A stretch of DNA of 64,000 nucleotides. It comes from Macrostomum lignano (Eukaryota). Position 1 is the first letter of the stretch. Every line of letters starts with the position of its first letter. The translations under genes were made by a program, and so were the position numbers. Where the stretch lies: assembly GCA_002269645.1 (NCBI GenBank), contig NIVC01000345.1, positions 62,001 through 126,000 on the forward strand, in the 5' to 3' direction. The notes below the pieces were generated by a model. That model was not told the origin of the DNA, made no database searches, and saw only the letters and a program-made list of their open reading frames with translations. Of this stretch, positions 26,867 to 41,800 are shown one piece after another.

Positions 26867-29800
26867 GTTGGTTAGTCTTGATACCAAGCAGATGGTTTTG
26901 TAACCTCACAACCTGACAGTTTGTGACGTCAAAACCAGACAGTCCGTAGCGTCACAACCAGACAGTTCGTAGCGTCACAACCAGACATTTCGTCGCGTCA
27001 CAACCAGACAGTTCGTAGCGTCACAACCAGACAGTCCGTAGCGTCACAACCAGACAGTTCGTAGCGTCACAACCAGACAGTTCGTAGCGTCTCAACCAGA
27101 CAGTTCGTGACGTCAAAATCAGACAGTCCGTAGCGTCACAACCAGACAGTCCGTAGCGTCACAACCAGACAGTCCGTAGCGTCACAACTAGACAGTCCGT
27201 AGCGTCAAAACCAGACAGTTCGTAGCGTCACAACCAGACAGTCCGTAGCGTCACAGCCAGACACTTCGTGACGTCACAACCAGACAGTCTGTAGCGTCAC
27301 AACCCGACAGTCCGTAGCGTCACAACCAGACAGTCTGTAGCGTCACAACCAGACGTCTGTAGCGCCACAACCAGACAGTCCGTAGCGTCACAACCAGACA
27401 GTCCATAGCGTCACAACCAGAGAGTCCGTAGCGTCACAACCAGAGAGTCCGTAGCGTCACAACCAGACAGTCCGTAGCGTCACAACCAGACAGTCTGTGA
27501 CGTCACAACCAGACAGTTCGTAGCGTCACAACCAGACAGTTCGTAGCGTCACAACCAGACAGTCCGTAGCGTCACAACCAGACTGAGACAGTTCGTAGCG
27601 TCACAACTAGACAGTCCGTAGCGTCACAACCAGACAGTCCGTGATGTCACAAGCAACAGCTCACTAGATCACAACCTGACACTTCGTGACGTCACAAGCA
27701 ACAGCTCACTAGATCACAACCTGACACTTCGTGACGTCACAAGCAACAGCTCACTAGATCACAACCTGACACTTCGTGACGTCACAAGCAACAGCTCACT
27801 AGATCACAACCTGACACTTCGTGACGTGACAAGCAACAGCTCACTAGATCACAACCTGACACTTCGTGACGTCACAAGCAACAGCTCACTAGATCACAAG
27901 CGTAAGACAGAACTGTCATAACCAAACCGTTCACAACAACCTATTATATTGCAGGTGACTCAGTCGCAGCTGAAACAAGTGAAAGAGCGCTTTCAGAATT
28001 TTCTCTGCGGTGACACCGGCATAGTGGCCGATGAAGCATTCAACAACGCCGTCCAGAGCTACTTCGAGGTGTTCCTGAAGTCCGACCGAGTAGCCAACAT
28101 GGTTCGCGGGGCGGCTGTTCCATTCGAGACTTTCGCGAAGTGTTCAAAAACAATATCGAAAAGCGGGTTCGCTGTCTGCCAGAGATTGATGGCCTGAGCA
28201 AGGAGACGGTGCTGAGCTCGTGGATGGCCAAGTTCGATCAGATCTACCGCGGAGATGAAGACCCCAGACGGATTCAGAAGATGAACGCCAGTCAGAGTGA
28301 GCTGGTGCTGAGCAAAGAGCAGCTGTACGAGATGTTTCAGAATATCTTGTCCGTGAGAAAGTATGAGCACCAGATCATGTACAATGCGTGTCAGGTGAGT
28401 CCCCCGGAATGAGTCTGAACTAATTTTGTGTGTTTGCATGTTACTATTGCCCTTCGCACAATCGCCCTTAGATCAGTGATGAGAATCGCCCTTAGATCAG
28501 TGATGAGAATCGCCCTTAGATCAGTGATGAGAATCGCCCTTAGATCAGTGATGAGAATCGCCCTTAGATCAGTGATGAGAATCGCCCTCAGATCAGTGAT
28601 GAGAATCGCCTTCAAATCAGTGATGAAAATCGCCCTCAAATCAGTGATGAAAATCGCCCTCAAATCAATCATGAGAATCGCCCTCAAGTCAGTGATGAGA
28701 ATCGCCCTTAGATCAGTGATGAGAATCGCCCTTAGATCAGTGATGAGAATCGCCCTTAGATCAGTGATGAGAATCGCCCTCAGATCAGTGATGAGAATCG
28801 CCCTTAGATCAGTAATGAGAATCGCCCTCAGATCAGTGATGAGAATCGCCCTCAAGTCAGTGATGAGAATCGCCCTTAGATCAGTGATGAGAATCGCCCT
28901 TAGATCAGTGATGAGAATCGCCCTCAGATCAGTGATGAGAATCGCCCTTAGATCAGTGATGAGAATCGCCCTTAGATCAGTGATGAGAATCGCCCTCAGA
29001 TCAGTGATGAGAATCGCCCTTAGATCAGTGATGAGAATCGCCCTTAGATCAGTGATGAGAATCGCCCTCAGATCAGTGATGAGAATCGCCCTCAGATCAG
29101 TGATGAGAATCGCCCTCAAATCAGTGATGAGAATCGCCCTTAGATCAGTGATGAGAATCGCCCTTAGATCAGTGATGAGAATCGCCCTCAGATCAGTGAT
29201 GAGAATCGCCCTTAGATCAGTGATGAGAATCGCCCTTAGATCAGTGATGAGAATCGCCCTCAGATCAGTGATGAGAATCGCCCTTAGATCAGTGATGAGA
29301 ATCGCCCTTAGATCAGTGATGAGAATCGCCCTCAGATCAGTGATGAGAATCGCCCTCGAATCAGTGATGAGAATCGCCCTTAGATCAGTGATGAGAATCG
29401 CCCTTAGATCACTGATGAGAATCGCCCTCAGATCAGTGATGAGAATCGCCCTCGAATCAGTGATGAGAATCGCCCTCAAATAATTCAGTGATGAGAATCG
29501 TTCTCAGATCAGTGATGAGAATCGCCCTCAGGTCAGGGATGAGAATCGCCCTCAGGTCAGGGATGAGAATCGCCCTCAAATAAGTCAGTGATTAGAATCG
29601 CCCTTAAGTCAGTGATGAGAATCGCCCTCAAATAAATCAGTGATGAGAATCGCCCTCAAGTCAGTGATGAGAATCGCCCTCAAATCAGTAATGAGAATCG
29701 CCCTTAGATCAGTGATGAGAATCGCCCTCAAATAAGTCAATGATGAGAATCGCCCTTAGATCAGTGATGAGAATCGCCCTCAAATAAGTCAATGATGAGA

Positions 29801-32800
29801 ATCGCCCTCGAATCAGTGATGAGAATCGCCTTGGCAATTTTGCAGATATTGAAAAAAATAACCAGTTGGATAAAAAAATTTATAGACTCTTATTAGATGA
29901 GCTTTCGGCTGCCTAAGAGTTTAGTGGGAGCAAGAAAACTAGAATAATCCCGGTGAATCCGATTATGATTGAGTTGGGATTTGATTTTTTTTCAAAGAAT
30001 TATTCCTTCTTGCCTTTTGAAAATGTCTCAGAGCTCGGATAAGCATAGGTGTTTTTTTCTTTCGTGTCACTTGTGTCAGCTTATGAAATATTCAATGTCC
30101 ATTATTGCTTAGATAAGCTTGTCATTATTTTTTCTAACCTGAGAAAAAGCTGAAAAAATCTTGATTGATTTTGTGCTGGAGGATTTTGTCTCGATCTAAT
30201 CTTTTTGAGATTCGATTGGTTAATAAACATAAGGAGGAAGTCTATTTAACAAAAAAACTTTTGAATGCCAAGGCGGATATACTGAAAAGATACATTTTTT
30301 CGAACCGAGAGACACTGAGAGATGGAAGCATAGAGGCTGAGAAATGGTAGCTCAGAGGCTGAGAAATGGTAGCTCAGAGGCTGAGATATGGAAGCTCAGA
30401 GGCTGAGAAATGGTAGCTCAGAGGCTGAGAAATGGTAGCTCAGAGGCTGAGAAATGGGAGCTCACAGGCTGAGAAATGGAAGCTCACAGGCTGAGAAATG
30501 GAAGCTCAGAGGCTGAGAAATGGAAGCTCACAGGCTGAGAAATGGAAGCTCACAGGCTGAGAAATGGTAGCTCAGAGGCTGAGAAATGGAAGCATAGAGG
30601 CTGAGAAATGGTAGCTCATAGGCTGAGAAATGGAAGCATAGAGGCTGAGAAATGGAAGCTCAGAGGCTGAGACATGGTAGCTCAGAGGCTGAGAAATGGA
30701 AGCATAGAGGCTGAGAAATGGAAGCTCAGAGGCTGAGAAATGGTAGCTCAGAGGCTGAGAAATGGTAGCTCAGAGGCTGAGAAATGGAAGCTCAAAGGCT
30801 GAGAAATGGGAGAGAGGCTGAGATATGGAAGCTCAGAGGCTGAGACATGGAAGCTCAGAGGCTGAGAAATGGTAGCTCAGAGGCTGAGAAATGGTAGCTC
30901 AGAGGCTGAGAAATGGAAGCTCAGAGGCTGAGAAATGGGAGAGAGGCTGAGATATGGAAGCTCAGAGGCTGAGACATGGAAGCTCAGAGGCTGAGATATG
31001 GAAGCTCAGAGGCTGAGAAATGGAAGAGAGGCTGAGAAATGGAAGAGAGGCTGAGAAATGGAAGCTCAGAGGCTGAGAAATGGAAGCTCAGAGGCTGAGA
31101 AATGGAAGAGAGGCTGAGAAATGGAAGCTCAGAGGCTGAGAAATGGAAGAGAGGCTGAGATATGGAAGCTCAGAGGCTGAGAAATGGAAGAGAGGCTGAG
31201 ATATGGAAGCTCAGAGGCTGAGAAATGGAAGAGAGGCTGAGAAATGGAAGCTCAGAGGCTGAGACATGGAAGCTCAGAGGCTGAGATATGGAAGCTCAGA
31301 GGCTGAGAAATGGAAGCTCAGAGGCTGAGAAATGGAAGCTCAGAGGCTGAGAAATGGAAGCTCAGAGGCTGAGAAATGGAAGAGAGGCTGAGAAATGGAA
31401 GCTCAGAGGCTGAGAAATGGAAGAGAGGCTGAGATATGGAAGCTCAGAGGCTGAGAAATGGAAGAGAGGCTGAGATATGGAAGCTCAGAGGCTGAGAAAT
31501 GGAAGAGAGGCTGAGAAATGGAAGAGAGGCTGAGAAATGGAAGCTCAGAGGCTGAGAAATGGAAGAGAGGCTGAGAAATGGAAGCTCAGAGGCTGAGAAA
31601 TGGAAGAGAGGCTGAGATATGGAAGCTCAGAGGCTGAGAAATGGAAGAGAGGCTGAGATATGGAAGCTCAGAGGCTGAGACACGGAAGCTCAGAGGCTAA
31701 GAGATGGAAGGAAAAGAGACTGAGAGCCTCTCTTCCATTGTTTATAATGACTATTGCAGTAATTTTCCGTGAGTAAATTTCAAAATCCAGAATCGAAAAT
31801 CCCAATAAATTGATAAATGAAGCCTAGGCACCGCAGATGAATTTAATAATAAATCTGCAGATTACAGACCTAGAATATAAGTGATTAATCACGATTATTC
31901 CTAACTGCTGGGCCTAAATGAGTGCCTGGAAGCGGTTTTTATCCACATCGGAGTGTATTTGTTCTGGGTGAGCCGCAGGGAAGAGGGTCAATCATTTAGG
32001 GATAAATACTGAATGCAGTCGCTGCTTACCAACTGATTTGGCCTTAGTTTTCCTTCGTTTCTGTGCGTGCTCTGAAATCAAATTGCTTTTTTATCCTTCT
32101 GTATATGAGATGCACCCTCAGATCAGTGATGAGAATCGCCCTCAGATCAGTGATGAGAATCGCCCTTGAGTCAGGGATGAGAATCGCCCTTAGATCAGTG
32201 ATGAGAATCGCCCTCAGATCAGTGATGAGAATCGCCCTTGAGTCAGGGATGAGAATCGCCCTTAGATCAGTGATGAGAATCGCCCTCAGATCAGTGATGA
32301 GAATCGCCCTTAGATCAGTGATGAGAATCGCCCTTAGATCAGTGATGAGAATCGCCCTCAGATCAGTGATGAGAATCGCCCTTGAGTCAGGGATGAGAAT
32401 CGCCCTTAGATCAGTGATGAGAATCGCCCTTGAGTCAGGGATGAGAATCGCCCTTAGATCAGTGATGAGAATCGCCCTCAGATCAGTGATGAGAATCGCC
32501 CTTAGATCAGTGATGAGAATCGCCCTTAAGTCAGTGATGAGAATCGCCCTCAGATCAGTGATGAGAATCGCCCTCAGATCAGTGATGAGAATCGCCCTCA
32601 GATCAGTGATGAGAATCGCCCTCAAATCAATTATGAGAATCGCCCTCAGATCAGTGATGAGAATCGCCCTCAGATCAGTGATGAGAATCGCCCTCAAATC
32701 AATCATGAGAATCGCCCTCAAATCAATTATGAGAATCGCCCTCAGATCAGTGATGAGAATCGCCCTCAGATCAGTGATGAGAATCGCCCTCAAATCAATC

Positions 32801-35800
32801 ATGAGAATCGCCCTCAGATCAGTGATGAGAATCGCCCTCAGATCAATCATGAGAATCGCCCTCAAATCAATTATGAGAATCGCCCTCAGATCAGTGATGA
32901 GAATCGCCCTCAGATCAGTGATGAGAATCGCCCTCAAATCAATCATGAGAATCGCCCTCAAATCAATTATGAGAATCGCCCTCAAATAAGTAAATGATGA
33001 GAATCGCCCTCGAATCAGTGATGAGAATCGCCCTCAAATAAGTCAATGATGAGAATCGCCCTCGAATCAGTGATGAGAATCGCCCTCAAATCAGTGATGA
33101 GAATCGCCCTCAGATCAGTGATGAGAATCGCCCTCAGATCAGTGATGAGAATCGCCCTTAAGTCAGTGATGAGAATCGCCCTTAGATCAGTGATGAGAAT
33201 CGCCCTCGAATCAGTGATGAGAATCGCCCTTAGATCAGTGATGAGAATCGCCCTCAAATCAGTGATGAGAATCGCCCTCAGATCAGTGATGAGAATCGCC
33301 CTCAAATCAATCATGAGAATCGCCCTCAAATCAATTATGAGAATCGCCCTCAAATCAATCATGAGAATCGCCCTCAGATCAGTGATGAGAATCGCCCTCA
33401 AATCAGTGATGAGAATCGCCCTCAGATCAGTGATGAGAATCGCCCTCAGATCAGTGATGAGAATCGCCCTCAAATCAGTGATGAGAATCGCCCTTAGATC
33501 AGTGATGAGAATCGCCCTCAAATCAGTGATGAGAATCGCCCTCAGATCAGTGATGAGAATCGCCCTCAAATCAGTGATGAAAATCGCCCTCAAATCAATC
33601 ATGAGAATCGCCCTCAAATCAGTGATGAAAATCGCCCTCAAATAACATTCGTGTCAGGGGCTTATCTTTTATCTGGGCGCGTTAAATTTGGATCCATATA
33701 CATGAGGTAAACGCAGCGAGCTTTTAACATATAGCTAACGCTCATAAAAATGATCGTCATCCTCTTATTAAGGCCCCGAGCTGGCACGCTAGCAGAGTAA
33801 AATCATTGCAGACACGGAGAATGAAACTGAAGGGGAAAGCGGGTTAGAGGGGAGAGAGGATAGAGAGCAGAGGGAGGACGTAGACGAGATGGAGTGGATT
33901 TCTGTCCCAGTCTCCTGACATTGGGAACGAACGACGACAGGCTCAAGCCTACTCATATTGTGTTGCGCGTATCTGAGCAGAGACCCAATATTCTATATAT
34001 AGTTAGTATTATCTTCATCAGAAATCCAGTGCAGTATACAGTTTAGGCGTGTCTAAAATTGCGCAGTCTTTAAGATTTTTGATGGCAGGTCCTATATCTT
34101 TATAATAAGACTAGTTTTAAAAAAATATTTTTAAGAATTAGTTTGAGGGCTTGTATACTCTGTGTGAGCTGGCTTAGTGGCCAAGCAGAATAGGGCATGA
34201 CTGCTATGGAATGAGCTAAATGGTACACTCGACCAGACTCGTTCCAGTGGTGTAGCACAATGAGATCCGGTGGTGCCGGTGTCCGCAGCGCGATTCCCCT
34301 CTGGAGAGTCCAGGAGGTGGATGGTCGCTTTCTTAGTAGCCCTTGGGTAGTGGATGAGTTGGCAGATATGCTCGGGTCTGAAAACGTCGGAGATTTCCGG
34401 GTTTAGGCCAAGCTAGGTGAGACTGTCCTGAGGGAGGCGGAACCATCGAATCCTCCATCACGCGGTACAGAGGTACAACTAATTTATCATATAATTCGTT
34501 CACCTTGAACGGCATCATCAAAGCCATGTAAGGCGTGAATAAACATCATTCTTAGGCTCATGTGGTACACACTTCATCGACATTTCGACTGTAAATAAAT
34601 CAGTGAGACACGCATGTTGGACTGTCTGCAGACTCGTGCAGTGTCGAATCTTCATTGAAGAGGGTATATATGGGGCGATGCGAGGTTGCCTCCCGCTGAG
34701 GGGGTTGGGAAGACCTCAAAAGAGAGGACAGAGCTCTTGCCAGCCGCTGTATGAATTCTCGTCTGCACTCGCCAGGTCACAGACTAACAGCCTGCACGCT
34801 TCTCTTCCATCTAGATTCTTGCTCCCCGAGTTTGCTGCCCGCGTTCCTGCTGTTGTTGGATAGCATAGATGACGGCTATAGGCTAATAAGCCTTTGAGGA
34901 GGGAGGCAAGGGCGAAAGGTCAAAGGCGGGCTTTTGGGCAGAGCGGACTCGCTCAATAAGCCTTGCGGCCCCTTCAACTCGCGTCGGATTCCGCTTCTGC
35001 GAGGGGTTAGGGCTTCGGGATAGTGCGCTAGGGTTATTTTTGAATCTCCCTGTCGCTTCTTTTGACCTGTCTGCGCGCATTCATTTTTGTCTTCTTTGCC
35101 TTCTCTCTGTAGTTCGTTGGCTTGCTTATTCTGCTTCTCTAAGCTGCTTCTGCTAGCTTCCTAAGAGTCATAAGACCTGCTTGCCTGTCTGTGCGTTTGT
35201 CTTGGTTGTCTGTCTAAGTGTCTGCCTTAGTGTCTGTCTATGCGTCAAAGTGCCACTCTAAGTGTCTGTCTCAGTGTGTCTTAGTTTCTGTCTTAGCGTG
35301 TATCTTAGTGTCTGTGCTAGTGTGTCGTAGTGTCTGTCTTAGTGTCTGTCTTAGTGTCTATCTTAGTGTCTGTCCTAGTGTGTCTTAGTGTCTGTCCTAG
35401 TGTGTCTTAGTGTCTGTCTTAGTGTCTGTCATAGTGTGTCTTAGTATCAGTTATAGTGTCTGTCTTAGTGTCTGTCTTAGTGTCTGTCTTAGTGTCTGTC
35501 CTAGTGTCTGTCCTAGTGTCTGTCCTATTGTCTGTCTTAGTGTCTGTCTTAGTGTCTGTTTAGTGTCTGTCTTTGTGTCTGTCTTAGTATCTGTCTTAGT
35601 GTCTGTTTAGTGTCTGTCTTAGCCTCTGTCCTAGTGTCTGTCTTAGTGTCTGTCTTAGTGTCTGTCTTAGTGTCTGTCTTAGTGTCTGTCTTAGTGTCTG
35701 TCTTAGTGTCTGTCCTAGTGTGTCTTAGTGTCTGTCTTAGTGTCTGTGTAGTGTCTGTCTTAATTTCTGTCTTAGTGTCTGTCCTAGTGTGTCTTAGTGT

Positions 35801-38800
35801 CTGTCTTAGTGTCTGTCTTAGTGTCTGTCTTAGTGTCTGTCTTAGTGTGTCTTAGTGTCTGTCTTAGTATCTGTCCTATTGTCTGTCTTAGTGTCTGTCT
35901 TAGTGTCTGTCTTAGTGTCTGTCTTAGTGTCTGTCTTAGTGTCTGTCTTAGTGTCTGTCTTAGTTTCTTAGTGTCTGTATTAGTGTCTGTCCTAGTGTCT
36001 GTCTTAGTGTCTGTCCTAGTGTCTGTCTTAGTGTCTGTCCTAGTGTGTCTTAGTGTCTGTCTTAGTGTCTGTCTTAGTGTCTGTCCTAGTGTGTCTTAGT
36101 GTCTGTCTTAGTATCTGTCCTAGTGTCTGTCTTAGGGTCTGTCTTAGTGTGGGTCTGAATGTCTGTCTTAGTGTGGGTCTGAATGTCTGTCTTAGTGTGG
36201 GTCTGAATGTCTGTCTTAGTGTGGGTCTGAATGTCTGTCTTAGTGTATGTCTGAGTGTGTGTCTTGCTGTGTGTCTATTGTCTTAGTGTGTCATTGGTGC
36301 TTGAAAGTGTTTTATTACTCTATGAAGTGCTAAATCTTCTCTTTGTTAACGCTGAGAAAGTTCTGGGAATTTCTTCCAAAAATGCTTTCAGGAATGTCTG
36401 TCAGCTTATTTTGTTTCTAATTTAGTCCTCTGTCTGCGTTTCCGTCTACAGTTGTGCTTGACGGTGCCACTTCAGAGGACATCAAAGGGTTTAGCAGATG
36501 TCGTTGAGCCTTTGCAGTGCTGAAGTTTTATAAGAAAAAATAGGTTGCACACGAAATTTTTGTATCGCATTTGCGAAACACCTGATGATTTTTGCAGTTA
36601 TTTTACCAATCATTCATCTTAATAAGCGTCCCATTCGTTTATTGTTTTTACATCGTTTTTTTCTTCACTTTTTTCACAGCTTGACAATTTAGACGAGCAG
36701 GCTGCTCAAGTCAGACGAGAACTCGACGGTCGACTAACAATGTACGAGGACATGGTTAAGGTGAGATTAAGTGTGCACTTCAGTTTTATCAAACTATTAA
36801 AATTGGGTTATTGTATTTTCGGTGGCAACATCAAAGGATTTAAATTTTTGGGTTATCAGGGCCATTACAGAGCCGGCGGCAACTTCAAAGGATTTTTCAT
36901 TTTTGGGTTATCAGGGCCATTACAGAGCCGGTGAAAATTTCAAAGGATTTTTCATTTTTGGGTTATCAGGGCCATTACTGAGACAGCGGCAACTTCAAAG
37001 GATTTTAATTTTTGGGTTATCAGGGCCGTTACAGAGCCGGCGGCAACATCAAAGGATTTTACTTTTTGCCTTATCAGGGCCGTTAAAGAACCGGCGGCAA
37101 CATCAAAGGATTTTACTTTTTGGGTTATCAGGGCCGTTACAGAGTCGGCGGCAACTTCAAAGGATTTTAAATTTTTGGGTTTTCAGGGCCATTACAGAGC
37201 CGGCGGCAACTTCAAAGGATTTTTACATTTTGGGTTATCAGGACTTTTGTAGTGTTGGAAGAATTAAAGTATTTTTAATGTTTTTGATTTGCAGAACCGA
37301 AAATTTCCCAAGTTCGTCGTTAAAGACATGGAGCCACTCTATTACGAGGAGGTGAAATCCGCAATAAACCTTCTAATGACCAACCTGGAGAGTGTGCCGG
37401 TAACCAAGGGCAACCAGGACACCAAACTGATTGGTCAAAAGCCAAAGAAGCACCAGAAAGGCGCATCTAGCGGCCAGGGTGACGCTGATGTGGACACCAG
37501 CTTCTCTCGGAGCAGCATTCATCTGAACTTCTCTATTGAGGTTTGCTATTGTTTTGCTGGTCTGATTGGGCGCCATCTTCACTGATTGAGGCGCCAACTT
37601 CACTGATTGAGGCGCCAACTTCACTGATTGAAACGCCAACTTCACTGATTGAGACGCCAACTTCATTGATTTGGGCGCCAAATTCATTGATTAGGGCGTC
37701 AAATTCACTGTTTTTTTGCGCCAACTTCACTGATTGGGGTGCCAACTTCACTGATTGGGGTGCCAACTTCACTGATTGAGGCGCTAACTTTATTGATTTG
37801 GGCGCCAACTTCACTGTTTTTTGCGCCAACTTCACTGTTTTTGGCACCAACTTCACTGATTGGGGTGCCAACTTCACTGATTGGGGTGCCAACTTCATTG
37901 ATTAAGGCGCTAACTTCACTGATTTGGGCGCCAACTTCACTGATTTGGGTGCCAACTTCACTGATTAAGGCGCCAACTTCACTGATTAAAGCGCCAAATT
38001 CACTGTTTTTTGCGCTAAGTTCACTGATTGGGGTGCCAAATTTCCTGCTTAAGGCGCCAAATTCACGGTATGGGCGCCAAATTCCCTGTTTGGGGCGCCA
38101 AATTCCCTGTTTGGGGCGCCAAATTCCCTGTTTGGGGCGCCAAATTCACTGTTTGGGGCGCCAAATTTACTGTTAAGGCGCTAAATTTATTAATTGCACT
38201 ATATGAAACTATATTTATCTACTTCCTTACATTGCGAAAGTGTTGTTGAACACTAAAGACAAACATGGGCATGCGAGTACACCAGGAAGCTATAAGGGTA
38301 CTTGCCTGCACTCGCGCGACTTTTCTTGCAAAAGAAGAGAGAACGCCGAGCTTTGCTTGTAAACACCCACCCCTAGCCCCGCAAGAAGCCTGCTGCAGGT
38401 TGCTTTTTGACCAAAAATTCATCAATCATCGCTCTTTCTTCTCTACCCTTCTCTCTCTCTCTCTCTCTCGTCTGTCTTGAAACTTGAAATTCTTTGATCT
38501 ACAGGCTAGAACGATTTGTATGCTAGCATATTTCTTTTGCTTCAAGCTACGACTTCTCAACTTTAATTTTCCATTTTCTTGGATGTGCTTTTTTTCTCGG
38601 CATGTCTTCACTGCGCTTCATTTTCTTTTGATGTTGATTTCGTCTTTCTATGATTGACTAGATTCTATCATGTCCATCTTTAATTTTCCTTGTCATTGCT
38701 TTTCGCATCTCAACATCCCTCATCTCCCCATCCCTCATCTCCGATCCCTCATCTCTGCATCTCTCATCTCCCATCCCTCATCTCCCCATCCCTCATCTCC

Positions 38801-41800
38801 CCATCCCTCATCTCCCATCCCTCATCTCCCCATCCCTCATCTCCGATCCCTCATCTCCCCATCCTTCATCTCCCATCCCTCATCTCCCCATCCCTTATCT
38901 CCCATCCCTCATCTCCCATCCCATCCCTCATCTCCCCATCCCTCATCTACCATCCCTCATCTCGCCATCCCTCATCTCCCCATCTCTCATCTCCGATCCC
39001 TCATCTTCCATCCCTCATCTTCCATCCCTCATCTCCCATCCCTCATCTCCCATCCTTCATCTCCCATCTCTCATCTCCGATCCCTCATCTCCCATCCCTC
39101 ATCTCCGATCCCTCATCTTCCATCCCTCATCTCCCTATCCCTCATCTCCGATCCCTCATCTCCTATCCCTCATCTCCGATCCCTCATCTCCCATCCCTCA
39201 TCTCCGCATCCCTCATCTCCCCATCCACCATCTCCCCATCCCTCATCTCCCATCTCTCATCTCCTATCCCTCATCTCCGCATCCCTCATCTCCCCATCCA
39301 TCATCTCCCCATCCCTCATCTCCCATCTCTCATCTCCCATCTCTCATCTCCTATCCCTCATCTCCGCATCCCTCATCTCCCCATCCATCATCTCCCCATC
39401 CCTCATCTCCCATCTCTCATCTCCTATCCCTCATCTCCGATCCCTCATCTCCCATCCCTCATCTCCGATGCCTCATCTCCTATCCCTCATCTCCGATCCC
39501 TCATCTCTGCATCTCTCATCTCCTATCCCTCATCTCCGATCCCTCATCTCCCATCCCTCATCTCCTATCCCTCATCTCCTATCCCTCATCTCCGATCCCT
39601 CATCTCCCCATCCATCATCTCCCCATCCCTCATCTCCCATCTCTCATCTCCTATCCCTCATCTCCGATCCCTCATCTCCCATCCCTCATCTCCGATCCCT
39701 CATCTCCTATCCCTCATCTCCGATCCCTCATCTCCCATCCCTCATCTCCGATCCCTCATCTCCCATCCCTCATCTCCCCATCCCTCATCTCCCCATCCCT
39801 CATCTCCCCATCCCTCATCTCCGCATCCCTCATCTCCCCATCCCTCATCTCCGCATCCCTCATCTCCCCATCCCTCATCTCCGCATCCCTCATCTCCCCA
39901 TCCCATCCCTCATCTCCCATCCCTCATCTCCGCATCTCTCATCTCCCCATCCCTCATCTCCCATCCCTCATCTCCCATCCCTCATCTCCGCATCTCTCAT
40001 CTCCCATCCCTCATCTCCCCATCCCTCATCTCCGCATCCCTCATCTCCTCATCCCTCATCTCTCTATCCCTCATCTCTCATCCCTTATTTCTCATTCCTC
40101 AAATTGTTGAAATATATGCACGAAATGTTAGCACCACACGTATGATTATCAGTTTAGATGTAAAGGGCGGGTTTATTTTAAAATTTACATTAAAGCATCA
40201 GGGCAACTAGTAAGGCCTCAAGGCTGCATTTAAATTGGTCCGCTAGACGGCAAGGGAGAGTTTTGCTGAATATCGATTTTGCATAATGTCGCTGTTCGGC
40301 TAGAAAAAATCGAAAAATAGATAGGATATTTCCTGAAATTCCTTCCTTCAAAAAAATTCCGGCAGAGATGGCCGCAGTGTAGACTTTTCCTCCGAATTCC
40401 AAATTAATTCGTTTTCCGCTTTATCCTCTGTTTACAGCAGATTTTGATAAGCTTGAAATGACTAATGCATACAGTGTTTAAATGGCGGAGTTATCTGTTA
40501 GTTAAATAAGAGTACATCTGTCTGGCGAAATTCTGAGTTCAAAATAATAATGATATAATGTAATAAAGTACAATGGTAAGCATCGTTGAATCTGCGCGAT
40601 AACTGAGATAGGGGCGCCAAATTTAAGATCGAGGCGCCAGTTTAAGATCGAGGCGCCAATTTAAGATCAAGGCGCCAAATTTAAGATCAAGGCGCCAAAT
40701 TTAAGATCAAGGCGCCAAATTTAAGATCAAGGCGCCAAATTTAAGATCAAGGCGCCAAATTTAAGATCGAGGCGCAAAATTTAAGATCAAGGCGCCAAAT
40801 TCGAGATCAAAGCGCCAAATTTAAGATCAAGGCGCCAAATTTAAGACCGAGGCGCCAAATTTAAGATCAAGGCGCCAAATTTAAGATCAAGGCGCCAAAT
40901 TTAAGATCGAGGCGCCTAATTTAAGATCAAGGCGCCAAATTTAAGATCAAGGCGCCAAATTTAAGATCGAAGCGCCAAATTTAAGATCAAGGCGCCAAAT
41001 TTAAGATCAAAGCGCCAAATTTAAGATCAAGGCGCCAAATTTAAGATCAAGGCGCCAAATTTAAGATCAAGGCGCAAAATTTAATATCAAGACGCCAAAT
41101 TTAGGATCGATGCGCCAAATTTAAGATCAAGGCGCCAAATTTAAGATCAAGGCGCCAAATTTAAGATCAAGGCGCCAAATTTAAGATCAAGGCGGCAAAT
41201 TTAAGATCAAGGCGCCAAATTTAAGATCAAGGCACCAAATTTAAGATCGAAGCGCCAAATTTAAGATCAAAGCGCCAAATTTAAGATCGAAGCGCCAAAT
41301 TTAAGATCAAAGCGCCAAATTTAAGATCAAGGCGCCAAATTTAAGATCGAGGCGCCTAATTTAAGATCAAGGCGCCTAATTTAAGATCAAGGCGCCAAAT
41401 TTAAGATCAAGGCGCCAAATTTAAGATCAAGGCGCCAAATTTAAGATCAAGGCGCCAAATTTAAGATCAAGACGCCAAATTTAAGATCAAGGCGCCAAAT
41501 TTAAGATCAAGGCGCCAAATTTAAGATCGAAGCGCCAATTTTAAGATCAAGGCGCCAAATTTAAGATTAAGGCGCCTAATTTAAGATCAAGGCGCCAAAT
41601 TTAAGATCGAAGCGCCAAATTTAAGATCAAAGCGCCAAATTTAAGATCAAGGCGCCAAATTTAAGATCGAAGCGCCAAATTTAAGATCAAAGCGCCAAAT
41701 TTAAGATCAAGGCGCCAAATTTAAGATCGAGGCACTAAATTTAAGATCAAGGCGCCAAATTTAAGATCGAAGCGCCAAATTTAAGATCAAGGCGCCAAAT

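Noticed and set aside
33660-35200. Possible LINE endonuclease relic on the minus strand (SDH-like motif near 34325)
   Set aside because: Only a three-residue motif with stops nearby; the other APE or RT motifs could not be found by eye.
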